A stretch of DNA of 64,000 nucleotides from Raillietiella orientalis (Eukaryota): NCBI GenBank assembly GCA_036172245.1, contig JAYWIR010000016.1, positions 1,178,001 to 1,242,000 of the forward strand. Direction: 5' to 3'. Both the position numbers and the translations under genes were made by a program. The notes beneath the pieces were generated by a model that saw only the letters and a list, made by a program, of their open reading frames with translations, was not told where the DNA came from and made no database searches. Shown here piece after piece: positions 22,524 through 34,330 of this stretch (within the stretch, counting starts at the first letter, position 1; each line of letters starts with the position of its first letter).

Positions 22524-24165
22524 CACCGGGTAGCCCGGGGCGTTTATTTATAAAAACTCTACATTCGTGGTACAAGACCTCACCACGGCCATAGACACTG
22601 GACCTGCCGGGACACCGGGACGCAGCACGGCGTGACTCTCCTCGGCAGTGAAAGGGGATGGGGAAAAAACAAAAAGAAAAGTAAAAGATAACGAAAACAA
22701 AAAAGAAGTTGGAGGGCAGGGAAGGGATCACTAATCACTGGGAGGAGGGCACATCCTTCGAAGGATGCCCTCGAGATCCTCCCGAATATTCCCCGGCTGG
22801 GGCCATCCAGTAGCTCTCCTCAAGAAGCGAGCAGCATACGGGATGACCGCCATCGCGTTTGGATCCACTCCTTCGTCGCGGATATCGCTCCAGGCCGCCA
22901 CGATGCCTCGGATGCAGCAGAGTGCTGCCACGGCTGCAGCTGGCTGAAGGGCGTCACGCACGAAGAGGAGCCGAAGAACGTCTCTGGGCGCGCTGCTCAT
23001 AGGGAGACCGAGGGTCGTCCCGAACCGTTCCTAGAGGGGTCGGAGGGCAGCACAATCCACAATAAGGTGGAGGAGCGATTCCCGCTCCTCACACCTGGCA
23101 CACGCAGGATCCACAGCTCCCCTTATCCAGTGGAAGCGGCGCGCGTTGCAGTGTAGACCCCAGTGCAACAGGAGCAACGCCGACTCTTGCCACTTAAGGG
23201 GCAGGATCCTGGATTCCTTCAACACCGGGGGCCACTATAGCACATCCATGGGGATGGCGAGCAGCTCGCCCCATCTTTTAAGTCCTCTCGGCTGGACGCT
23301 CGGGGTCGTGGCGTCCGCCAGTTCTCCTGTTGTCCAGCCGCTGATCCACTTTTCCCTGCCTGCGATCCGGCAGGAGACTTGCCACCTTGGCGTCCGGCTG
23401 CTGTGAAGCGCCCTCCGGAGGTAGGGCATCGCCGTAGCAAGGGGGGTGGTCTCCGCCCACGTGCAACTCGCGGGAAATTCAAGTATTTCCCGCAGAGTGC
23501 GGCGGGCGTATATGCCGACGCGCAGGCAATTCATGGGATCTTCACTCCTCTGGTTCAGCTTAGCCCAGGAGCCAGCAGTCTCCTCCAGCCAGGCGGAGGA
23601 GTTGGCGGGGCTACAAACCATCCAGCTGTTCTCCTTCGCCAGGGTTGCATGCGCCCAAGCATTAGGCCGCATCTTCTGATCTTCCGGCCAGGGCACAGAA
23701 GAAAAGACGCGAGCCCTTCGCACCGGGACACACGCCTGGCGAGGAGGCGAGCCGGAATGCACCAAGGGGTGCTCCACATCTTCGCTGCGATGGCGAGGGT
23801 GCGCCATCGCAGCTGGATTTCCACGCGCTCCAACGTCAGGAGGCTGAGACCGCCGTCCCGACGCGGAGCGCACAAGTCCTTCAAAGGGACTCGGGGCCTC
23901 CCCTTGCCCCAAAGGGCGATGCGGAGGGGGTCCTTCGTCCTCTTCTTAGTCTCTACGGGGGCGGGGCAAATAAAAAGCAAGGGGCGGAGGATGGGGGCTG
24001 CAAAGGCGTTCCAAACCGCGGTCTGTTCCGGCAAGTGAAACTTGCCTTCCAGGAACGGGCCGATCTCCGTCTCCACTTTTTGGAGGCAGCTGGACTTGCC
24101 GTGGGGATCCCCAGACGGACCCAGTCCTGCTGCCCTGCCCACGCCGCACCAATTGGCACCACCGA
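22524..24165 (-). mobile_element. Tx1/L1-like ORF2 C-terminal half plus 3' UTR (frameshifted)
   Basis: WVRLGIP (KYLG-like RT end), LWGKGRPRVPLKDLCAPRRDGGLSL (PxxxGGL), LPLKWQESALLLLHWGL, CARCEERESLLHLIVDC (zf-RVT-like CCHC); stop at 22731; tail AATAAACGCCCCGGGCTACCCGGTG. Confidence 0.85.
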
Positions 24166-24169
24166 CGAC

Positions 24170-24663
24170 TGGCATCAGCTCTCCTGCACCAGGGGGACAC
24201 CGCGAGAGACTTGATGCGCCTCTTCTTCACGCCAGGCGGCCTGTCTTTAGGTGCTGTCGTTGCAACCGTGTGTTGCATTTGCGCCATCGACAAGGCCCAC
24301 CGAGAGTTGGAGAAGCTGGCCATCCTTCGTCAGCCCACCGGATTAGCCAGCGTAAGCATGTCGTCGGCTGCCGAGTGGGCCCATCTACCAGAGAGCGTGA
24401 GGAGAGAGATCGCCGGCATCCATCGCCGGTTCTGAAAGAACTGAAGGAACGGCCGAACCAAAGACCCCTGTCCCCTGCCCTCCATATTTTTATTTATATT
24501 TTTTTATACTGGTGTATTTGTGGTCCCCTCCCTCCCGTTCCGGACTTTCGGTATACCGACCTGCGTGTCGGGGATCCCACCCCCTTCGTCTTCTCTGTAT
24601 CCTTTGTCCGGGAACTCTGTTCCCGGATAGTTTTTCAGTAAACGCCCCGGCGCACCCGGGTGG
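24170..24663 (+). mobile_element. Short 5'-truncated non-LTR 3' end, antisense to its flanking fragments
   Basis: ORF 24211..24435 (AVVATVCCICAI..WAHLPESVRREIAGIHRRF) plus complete three-hairpin 3' tail. Confidence 0.75.
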
Positions 24664-24689
24664 TAAACAACCGACCCCCCGCGATCGAC

Positions 24690-26606
24690 TCGATCTCCTG
24701 GGCGTCTGCCGCGGAGATCACGTGAATCTCCTGCAGCAGGGCAAGGTCGAGCTCACGCAGGGTGTCGGCTGTATCTCGCCTGCTGCCGTCGTCGCGAAGC
24801 CCGTTGACATTCCAACAGGCCGCGCGAATCCGACGGCGACCGGCGAGCCCAGGTGCTAATCCTGGGGAAATGGCAGTGCGGCGTCCGCCACCTGCTGGGG
24901 CGGGACGCTAGGTGGAGGAAGGGAGGGTGCTGAGGGCACCTGGTCCCCCTCCTCCATCGGTGTCGGCGCGTCGGGCGGGTCACCCTCAGTTGGGGTCGCG
25001 CCTACCTGTTGGCCCTCCTCCATGGGGGCGGGCTTTTGAGGATCGGCGACAGCAAGGAGGACTTCGCCCCCCTGCTCACCCTCGTCCATGGGGGTGGCCG
25101 CCTCGACGGCTTCCGAGCGTGGGAATTCCCCCTCCAGGATTCCCACGCTGCCGCTGCCTTCCGGCCTCTCCTCCTCGCTGGTGGAGGGGAGGTGCCTCCT
25201 GGGCTTCTGGGACTTGCGTCCCGACTTCCTGGGAGGTGCCTCCGCGGAGGAGGATGAGCTTCAGGCCCCCAGGTCGAACTCACCTGTGGGAGCCTTTTTC
25301 ACCGGAGCCGGCCTTCGTACGGCCTTGCGGGAGGGGTTCTCACGCTCGGCCAGGGTGGTTGCGAGCTCCGCCGCCGCCTGCGCGAAGGCGGCGTCCTCGC
25401 CGTCGACGCGTGCGTCGCGCGGCTCACCCTCTGTGCAAACAGAGGTTCGCCGTTGCGAACCTCGGGCGCGGCGCAAACGGCGAGGGGAGGCTCGTCGCCC
25501 CGGGTGGCAGCCTCAGGAACAACGACGCGTTCCAGTGCCACCGAGCACTCGCGGAGAGTTTTTGAACGCGGACCGGTTTTTTTCGGTTTCGCACTCTTCT
25601 TACTCTCCGCTTTCGCGGGTTCCACGAGGGGGACCTTCTTTTCCTCGCCGGCCTTTACAAGCTGGCAGCCCTCTTCCCCTTCCACCATTTGGGAAGGTTG
25701 TTCCTCCGACTGTTTCGCCGGAGGTTGAGGTTCTGACAGTTTCTGCCGGCCACTTTCTTCTTTCGGTCTTGCGACCTTCTTTCCTCTTTTCACCTGCGCC
25801 TTTTTGGCGGCAGGTGGCACCGGGGTGGGACGTTTCGGGCATACGCGCCGAACGTGGCCCCGCTCCCCGCACAGGTGGCACTGTATGTTCGGACACCTTT
25901 TGCGGAGGTGCCCTACTGTGTTACAGTACCCACATTAGCGGGGTTTCCCCACGTACCAGAGGTCTACCGCTTCCTGGCAGACCTCCAGCTTGTGGGATAG
26001 CGCACCACCCTCATTAACGGTGACACGTGCTGCGGCCTGGCCCCCGAAAAGGCTAGTATAGCCCTCAAAAATAGTGGGCTTTGGCCACAGCGCGTGTACC
26101 TCGCCGAACTTCTTCAGTTCGTCACCAACCGCTGACCGCGTCATGCGGTTGGTGATGCCAGTCAAATGGACCACTATGGAGCGGTCCATCGTGACTGGCA
26201 GGATCTTTCGGCCTGCAACGTTCAGAGGCGTTGTGGTCAGGTGCTGAGCCAAGGTGATGTCCTTGCACACCACCTCGACCCGCTGACCCCCGCTGAGAAC
26301 GGAGAGGCCATCCAGATCCTTCTCAAAAATACTGGCGTCCTGGAGCGCCATCGTGAAGGCGCGTGCAGTTCGCCCACCAAAGAGTGGGCCTACCTGGTAG
26401 ACGAGCGAGGGCTTATACCCTGCTGCCTTGTAGGCGGCCATCTCCGCCATGGCTTCCGCGCTGGACGCGGCCACCATGGCGCTCCATGTCCTCGGCGTCG
26501 CCGGGGATGATTCCGGGGCGGATGCCCATGATTCTGTAGGTTGTGGGGGTGGACAAGCCTCCTCCACACCTACCTCCATCGTGGTGTCCTCAGGCAAGGT
26601 TGCCAT
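24690..26606 (-). pseudogene. Tx1/L1-like ORF1 (RRM-like region plus two CCHC zinc knuckles), disrupted
   Basis: ATG 26606; VVHLTGITNRMTRSAVGDELKKFGEV; in-frame TAA at 25935 followed by CGYCNTVGHLRKRC and CHLCGERGHVRRVC; long K/E/P-rich tail with a frameshift and further stops. Confidence 0.85.
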
Positions 26607-26930
26607 CGGACACCCACGATGTGCACAGAACACTACACACAATAAGAAACCGCTTTCCTACGACTCTCTCAGGAGCGAACGAAAAACACGTCCGTCCCAC
26701 CAGGTTTCGGGGAAGGGGAGGGAAAGGGGGGTGAGAGGGGGGCAAGAGGGCAAGGCAGGATCTCGGGATGGAGCTACTGGTTGGCGTCTCGTCCGCGACT
26801 GGGTGTAATCCAAGATCCCAGCTGCTGCGGTCCGTGGGAGACTCGGGGAGGACAGCGATCCTAAGAGGGAGCTATTCGGGACGTTCATCCGCTGCTGGGT
26901 GGGGGCTCACCTGCTCACATTCGGGAGCAG

Positions 26931-27253
26931 CTACCTAATGCGGGATGGCCATCCGGAGGTGTAAGGTGGCACTTTGTCGAAGCCTCGAAAAATCGACCCA
27001 ACAGGCATCGGCGGGAGGAGTCCTGCATCCCCCTCGATAAAGAGATACCAACGGAGGTGGCAAACCGGGAGGACCGTGCTCGACTCCGCCTTCCCGTCGT
27101 AGACTCCGGCGGGACTTTTCAGGACTCGAAGATGGCCTCGGACTCGTGGAGACGGTGACAACGCTGCGGGCAGGCAAGCTTCAGGGCCGACTCGGAGGCC
27201 GCCGAGTCTGCCGCCCGTCGTCAGGAGGACCGGCCCCCCAGTGGTCGCGGAGG
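26931..27253 (+). repeat. Inverted-repeat arm A (pairs with 29713-30022); probable non-LTR ORF1 fragment
   Basis: Long identical blocks such as ggagtcctgcatccccctcgataaagagataccaacggaggtggcaaaccgg; peptide CIPLDKEIPTEVANREDRARL resembles ORF1 RRM-region text. Confidence 0.9.
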
Positions 27254-29712
27254 GCGAAGCCTCCGGGTCGGCCCGCCCGGAAGCATGGTCGGGAGATCCA
27301 AAAGACACCGGGCGGTTCAGGGGATCAAGAACTAGGGGGTAGAAGGTGCAGTGGCATATTGGAAGGGCCAATCCTTTGGGAGGCACGGAAGAGGGAAAGG
27401 GTACAGGATGTAGGGGGCAGGTGCCCCCCGAAGCACTCCAGCCCGCCCAGCCCACGTGAGAGAAGCCGAGGAGTCTGCACGGCCGACTCGCCGTGGACCG
27501 AAGCGTCCGGGCGGAAGGAAGATGGTGACGTGGGTAGTCTGCGGCTGTTGCGCAGCTTCCACTTCGGATTGATGGTTCTCGGGCTGTCCGACGTTTGCAG
27601 CATCGCCCAAATGACCTCAGGTTTCTTGGGCAGACCGTCGGTCGTCTTGGGCGACGCGGCAACTCCTTCACAGCACCCTGCCAAGCTTTTGGGATCGGCA
27701 CACTGGTTCCCGCCTTCCGTCGAGATTGGGGGGCTTCATTGACGACCAGGATACCAGTACCTCTTCGGCGACCTGCCGAAGGGAGTTGCGCCGAGCATTC
27801 CAGAAGATGGCTCTGCATGCCGATGGCGCAAGCAGCACGTGAATTCCGCCTCCCTTCTTCAAGCGGAACCCTGCAGCCAGATCCGATTCCCTTGGCATTG
27901 TGGGAAGAAAAGAAACAAAAGGAAGCGCGCACGCGATACCCGATTCGAGACAGAAATGGGAATCGAGGGGGGGGAGGACCGGGGGCGAAAAAGGGAACGT
28001 CTCTCCCGCCTCACCCTTCAGCCGAAACGACGCTTCGGGGAGCGACGGAACGGAACGTCCTGGGAGCGGAGCGGAAAAACGCCCGGAGGGCGCAGAAGGG
28101 AACAGACTCTCTTTCGCCAGTGCGTTTCTTTGCCAAAGGCTGAATCTCCTGGTTTTCGACGTAGAGGAATCTCGTAAAAAGGCAGAAGAGGATGAAGGAG
28201 CCGATCGCAAGGACTCGGAGGATCTAAAAGAGAATCTCGAGAGACTCAAGAACCTTCCTTCGGCTCCTCTTCCGCGGTCTTCGCTTCCTTGCGATCGCTC
28301 TCGCCAGGTCCTCGAAGACCGGTAACTGTCTCTTCAGGCGCTCGGGGCGGTCTCCCTCCTATTCGGTGCCTCAAACTGCCGGCCGTCGAGCAGGCTGGAT
28401 CACCGCGGCTCCTGCCTTCGCGCTCGCAAGCAGGGAAGGGAGACGGGAAGCGCGTCCGTGGAAAGTTTGCTGGTCCTCCGCATCGACCTTGGCGCCACAA
28501 CGAGGAGGAGATCTGTGACCGGCACCCCAGACTGGACGCTTCGCTTGCGATCCCGCTCCCCTCCGCTCTGGTGGTCCGTCGTGGGAAGGTTCCGTTCACG
28601 CCCACAGTTGCGCCCCCCGACGTATCAGGCTCGTCGTCGGTCCCCAGCTGACCGGGTGCGAATGTGGACTGCGCACCTTCGCGCGAGCGGCTGGATGGAT
28701 GCTCTCTCGACTTCCGGTTTCGACGCAGAGGAATCGCGCGGAAAGGCAGGAGAGGAGGATGGGGGGGGAGCTGGTCCAGAGGACTCGGAGGATCTGGAAG
28801 AGATTTTCACGCTCTGCTAGCAGAGAGTTCGCCTCTTTCAAACAGCCAGCGTGGCTCCGAAGCGCACTGGCGAGAGGAAGGGGGAAGGGTCCCCCTCTGC
28901 ACCCTCCGGGCGTTTTTCCGCTCCGCTCCCGAGACGTGCCCTGCCGTCGCTCCTGCACCACATTTGAACTTCCATTCCTTCATTCATTCTCTTATCAATC
29001 ATATTTTCTTCCCTTCACATCCTCTATCTCTTAGACAATAACTACTCACCCTCTCTAACCATCAAATCAATCGCCAACCAATGATCTGAACATACGAATA
29101 TTCAGACTTCAAAAATACCAAAAACCACAAAGAACTAAAAACAGCATAAATAAACACACAAATCCTGCAAAAAACGACGGCCGCTACCTTTCTCTCCTCC
29201 CGCTCCCCTTTCCCGTTCTCCTCTCGCACTCCGGGCTGGGATATCCGACGGCCATAGACTCAGTCTCCATCTCGAAGAGCGCAATTGGCTGCTGATGCGC
29301 CGCAGGACTGGTCATGTGAAGCGAGAGACACTGCGGGCGCTCCGCTGGGGGGCATTTATTTTCCTCCCCCCTCGGGGAAATCCCTGAGAAACGAGAAGAG
29401 TTCTGCCTGCCTTCTCGGGAGGATGAGGGCGGGGGAGACGGCGTTCCCTTGAACACTCAGCAGCTCCCAGCGACGGGAAGAGAGGTTCCCTTCCTCGTAA
29501 GAGCGGCGCCACCCTCTGTTTCGCTGTCGCTCCCGGCGGCAAACAGTGCGATCAATGCGCAGAAGGAACGGAAATGATCGGCCGCCGGAGGATCCTCCTC
29601 CTCTTCGATCGTCAGTTCGCCTCTACGATTCCCGTCTCCCTCTGGCAGACGTCGTCGTCCTCCCATTCTCCTACGCGTCCTGCTGGACTTCCCGGCCACG
29701 CCTCCGGGTCAG

Positions 29713-30022
29713 CCTCCGCGACCAGGAGGGGCTGGACCTCCTGACGACGGGCGGCCTCCGAGTTGGCCCTGAAGCTGGCCCGCCCGCAGCGTTGTCACCG
29801 TCTCCACGAGTCCGAGGCCATCTTTGAGTCCTGAAAAGTCCCGCCGGAGTCTACGACGGGAAGGCGGAGTGGAGCACGATCCTGCCGGTTTGCCACCTCC
29901 GTTGGTATCTCTTTATCGAGGGGGATGCAGGACTCCTTCCGTCTACGTCCTGTTGGGTCGATCTTTCGAGACTTCGTCAAAGCGCCACCCTGAACCTCAA
30001 GATGGTCACCCGCACTAGGTAG
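29713..30022 (-). repeat. Inverted-repeat arm B (pairs with 26931-27253)
   Basis: Reverse complement aligns to arm A with scattered substitutions and small indels. Confidence 0.9.
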
Positions 30023-30999
30023 TTTCAAGACACCATGCAGTGTTCAGGGAACAGGAACCATTGGGTGAGAGAAGTGGGGAAATATTCGAAGGGCCAGTCC
30101 TGTGGGAAGCACGGAGGAGAGCGAGTCCCCACTCCCACTTCCCAGCCGCAAAAGTGGAGCCGCTGTCACGAGCATCCACAGATCCGGACAGCACAAAGAC
30201 CTCCTTCTCCGACGAGGGACTCTGGCAAGAATCCCATTTTTCTCATTGGCTTTCACGAACTCTCCACTGTCGAAAGACGCCATGTCGTCAGGAGGCGAGC
30301 GATGTTAAACGACGAGGATCTCCCGGGGCCTTTTATCTTGGGGATGGTGCTGATCTCAGGCGACAGACTCGCCGTGTTCTTCTTGCCACCAATATATAGA
30401 AACAGAAACATCTGAGGTGGTATGCGTATTATGATGTTACTGCTTGACGTAAAAAAAAGTCACTTCAAGTACATATTGATTACTTAAGTAGCTGAAATAG
30501 ATAGATCTGGCGAAGTTGGGTGGATAAAGTGAAAACAATTTACAAGACCTAAAGAAAAAATTGAATGATTCACGAAATTTGATCCAGAGGGTTCCAAAAA
30601 AGCTTCTTCCACGGTATCCAAAGTGTTTGGAGAAGAATGAGGACTACGTGGAAAAAAAATGGCACCGGGGGTGAATGTGCTTGGAACCACGGAGACCTTT
30701 TTGTTTCTCTTATTTGTTCTTCCTTGGTATCTAAGCCGCTCTTACTTTTGAGATGCTCCTGGTAAAATATTAGATCAGAGCTACATGAATATGGAGAACA
30801 ATCTACAAGACTTAAAGAAAAAAATGAATGATAGAGAAAGGAAATGAGAGGATCCTACCAATTTGAGTTAAAAAAGAATTCATCGATCTTTCAAAAGAAG
30901 ACTACAAACTCTGGAAGATTATCAAGGTAATCGATGGATACAACACGCTGGAAGAAGACATTTCAGGCTTGGAGCAAACAATAAAAGATAAGGATGGCA

Positions 31000-32420
31000 T
31001 GAAAGAGTGGAAGGGATGTGGATGGCATATGGCATGAAAGAGTAAGCGGAAGCTGCAAAGCTTCCTGCGTTCCTCTTTGGTCTCCAGAGAAACCCAATCA
31101 ATGTTTTCATTTCGGCTTCAGGCAGCAGTCCGATCCACCGTTTTCCGCGACAGCAGATCCATTTGTCATCGCGTCGTCATGCGACGCAATTCAGGGATTG
31201 GAGGGATGAGACGATGGCAGCGGTCAGATCAGGAGGAACCGGGATCGACAGGAACGTCAGTCGAATCTGCCAGAGGCTCTTCGCGGAGAAGTCTGAAAAT
31301 GCGGGATGGAATCAGCTTTGCGGCGTCCTTGGAAACACCCCAGGAAGTTGGTTTCCGCACGCCGCGCGCCCTGGGACGGGTTCGAGAGGCGGCTTCGCCA
31401 GCGGACGGGTTCCGCATGAGGCGTCAGGAGGTGCGCAGAATCATCAGCAAACAAGGAGGAGGTGCTCTCGACGTAAGGCTCGAGAGACCAGTGAAGGAGA
31501 GTGCATCCTGTCGGCAGTGGAAGGCGTGCCCTTTGGGGACACTTTGGAAAAGGTCGGCGGAGTGGATGGAAATCTGCCGAGGCTCCGCGGCGAGCACTGA
31601 GGGTCCCTCGAAAACTGGGTTTCGTGTGGATGAGGGCGCGTTCGAGCTCGGCGGCGATCACTGAGGGGGTCGGGCGCCCCCCAAAAGAGACGAACAAAGG
31701 AAAAGTAGAGCCCAGGGGAATCTTCTGGAATCTGAAACTTCACCCTGGTCGCCTCCTTGCCTTCTGTTTCTGGGACTCACCGCAATCCTAGCCAATGTCT
31801 CCTCCATGGTATTCTTCGCCCAACTTCGGATCATCCCATGCATTACACTCCTCCATCATTGGATACGAGGGAGTGTGAATGACGATGGAGAAAGTCGCGG
31901 AGGGAAGGAGACCTTCCCGCACCTTTGTTAGACGGTGCCGCCCTCCGTCCCCTTTTGGGATCACCTCTCAAGGACCCTAGGAATCCCAGCTGGCGGCCCC
32001 AGGGACATTTGCATATGCCTCTGCGCGAGTGCCGTCCTGCTGCCGGTCGCGTCCCTCTCAGTTCTCTGCTGTCTTTTCGGGATCGTGGTGGAGTGGAAGG
32101 CCAGGAGAAGAGGCCGGAATGAAAGGGACGCCATCCACTGGGCGGGAATTTTTTTGCAGACCGCTTTCCGATGGTCCCACCTAGGACCAAAAATCACAGA
32201 ACCTGTCAGCATCCTGCACAGGATGCAGAGATCTCCCGGCGTACCGTGATCCCTTCCTCACCCTCCTCTCCTCAGGGAACATTTTCTTCACCATTTTTTT
32301 TGCTCCTTTTGTTTATTTTTGTTTTTGTGGTTTTCCCTCCCCTTCGCCGCGGCAACGGATCTCTCCGGCCTGCATGCCGGTCGCGGCAAGTTTTCGCGCG
32401 TGGTAGAACCAAGTGTTGTC
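31000..32420 (+). mobile_element. Decayed Tx1/L1-like element (weak endonuclease traces, clear C-terminus and 3' UTR)
   Basis: ETFPHL..AALRP.WDHLSRTLGIP..SVLCCLFGIVVEWKARRRGRNERDAIHW..WSHL matches 22731-23100 and 42700-43037; ccggcctgcatgccgg hairpin in UTR. Confidence 0.7.
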
Positions 32421-32699
32421 AAAAATATTGTCAATATTGTCAAAAATCTCAACTTTTATTGTAATTCTCATGATGAATGCCCTGGCATATCCGGGTGATA
32501 AATCACGAGGATGGGCTGAGTGGACGCTGGGAATCCTTTGGGTCCTCTGCTTTCTATGCTTTTCTCCCAGATTTTTTTTTTTTCTGGTTCGCAAGGAGTG
32601 TTGAAGAATTGTTCGCCTCCTTGAGGGGGGGAGGAGGAGGGTGACTCACGAAGCTCTTTGACACTGCCCACACCTCCCGAGGGTGGTTCTAACTCTTCA

Positions 32700-33375
32700 A
32701 GTTGAGGGACAAACCCTGGAGGGATCACCCTATGAATCCAGGAATACTCCAGAGGAAGGAGTCCGTTCCTTTCATGCTTGGAAAGGAGCCTCGCAAGGAC
32801 TCCTTGCCCTGGTTGTCTCCGAAGGGAACTCTGAAGGGAATCTCTTCCTCGTTCTCTTCCAAGGGACCTTCTGTAGGGAGCCACTCCTCGTTCCTTCTAA
32901 GAAACGAACTCGGAGAGGATCCGCTCCTTAAATTTCTTCTCCGGAAAGAACTCGTAAGGGAACCGCTCCCTGTTTCCTGCTTTGAAGAAGACCCCGAAGA
33001 GACGCTTACCATTTTCTCTTAAGGGCGCTCCCCGAAAGGAGCAGCGCGCTTCTTGACACTGGCGAGAGGGGGTGGGGTGTCAATGACTCCATTTTCACGA
33101 CCAGTGGGGAACCCTGAACGGCTTTCTGAAGTCCTGGAAGGACTCCGGAAAGTCAACTTCCAATCCCGGCTGGTGAACGAGAGCATCCGATTTTTTGCTG
33201 CTTTCATCAGTGCTGTACCCGAAGCCTACAGGTCAACCATCGCCATCCTGCCGGAGGGGCTCGAAACCCACGACGCATACCCATTTTTCAGCGTCGATTC
33301 TTCCCCGGGTGGAATTCGAAACCCGCGACGCCATGTGCCACGTGCAGAGACCTTAGTGACCACACGGCCACCAGC
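32700..33375 (-). mobile_element. tRNA-derived SINE-like element (best-preserved head)
   Basis: Minus strand: A-box-like TGGCCGTGTGG, B-box-like GGGTTTCGAATTCC, second GGGTTTCGAGCCCC, body cctgtaggcttcgggtacagc, cTTCGg-rich tail. Confidence 0.75.
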
Positions 33376-33699
33376 GCGGGCCACCCATCGACTGCATCCT
33401 GGTCATCCTCTCCTACCAGACCGGCTTGACCATGGCATAGCAGCGATTATGCGGCCTCGCCCGAGCAGCCTATGCCGTGCCTTCCTCCTCGGCCCGAGGA
33501 CCACCAAACTGACCACGCGTGCGCGCACCCCTTTCTGTACAACCGAATTTTCCGTTTCCGCCTTCACGTGCCTGCGCGATGGCCCAGATAAAACCGCCGT
33601 TCAGATAAAATTCCAGACTCAGTTGCAAGCGCACCTTGAGCCACGTGGAGGCGATGATCCAGTGGCACTTGACCCTTTCACATTTATCGAGGGCGTGTG

Positions 33700-34330
33700 A
33701 CTACACTCGGCATAAAAAAAAAAGTCTGGTCCCTTCCGATTCCCGACCTACTCTTTGCAGGTACGGCATAGCTCTTCCCGTCCGTGGCTAAACTGCGCGT
33801 CGTCGTCTCCTTCCTGAACCAACTGTGCCCTGAGCTACGTCGTCCCTGTTTTTGCATGTTTACCTTCGAAAGAAAACAAACACCCCGGCGTGACCTCCTC
33901 ATCCAAGCCCGCCGGGCTATTTGTTTAAAAACAAACATAAAACGCATATGGAATTGGGAAGGGAGCGGGCATCTGCCGACCAGAAACGAAAGGAGTCGAA
34001 CTGCATTGGGCACGCGACGAGCGAGGGAATGGAGGCTGCAGATGAGAGGACCGATACATAAATAAATAAGTAGGGATGGAGTGAACCGCGCTCTCGAGGT
34101 AGCAGCAGCGATTCCTCAGGGCCTTCACGCTGAGGGGCAGGCGGAACTGGTGCTCCTCCACCAACTGCGACCTGACCCGTGTGCGGCTGCCCAGGGATCG
34201 CTCCTATTTCACTGTCCAGTTTGGGAGTCCAACCGCGGCCTGCACGAAGGTGGCTTCGACCGTGGTTGTCTCCCTTGATGGCCATCTCACCCTGCCATCT
34301 TAACAGTCAGGCTGGCGGAAGATGGCGGAG
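33700..34330. mobile_element. Two non-LTR 3' tails meeting tail-to-tail
   Basis: Plus aaacaaacaccccggcgtgacc (33874-33895) faces minus aaacaaatagcccggcg (33910-33926); ATTT-rich UTR text on the minus side. Confidence 0.55.

Noticed and set aside
25935..25937. Programmed readthrough before the ORF1 zinc knuckles
   Set aside because: The same ORF has other stops and a frameshift; a point mutation is simpler.
30541..30831. 28-bp direct repeat as LTR or TSD
   Set aside because: Too short for an LTR, A-rich, more likely a local duplication in a retroelement relic.
33250..33375. Intact tRNA genes at GGTTCGA-like motifs (also 49945-50000)
   Set aside because: No full cloverleaf could be folded; most motifs sit in a repeated SINE-like body.
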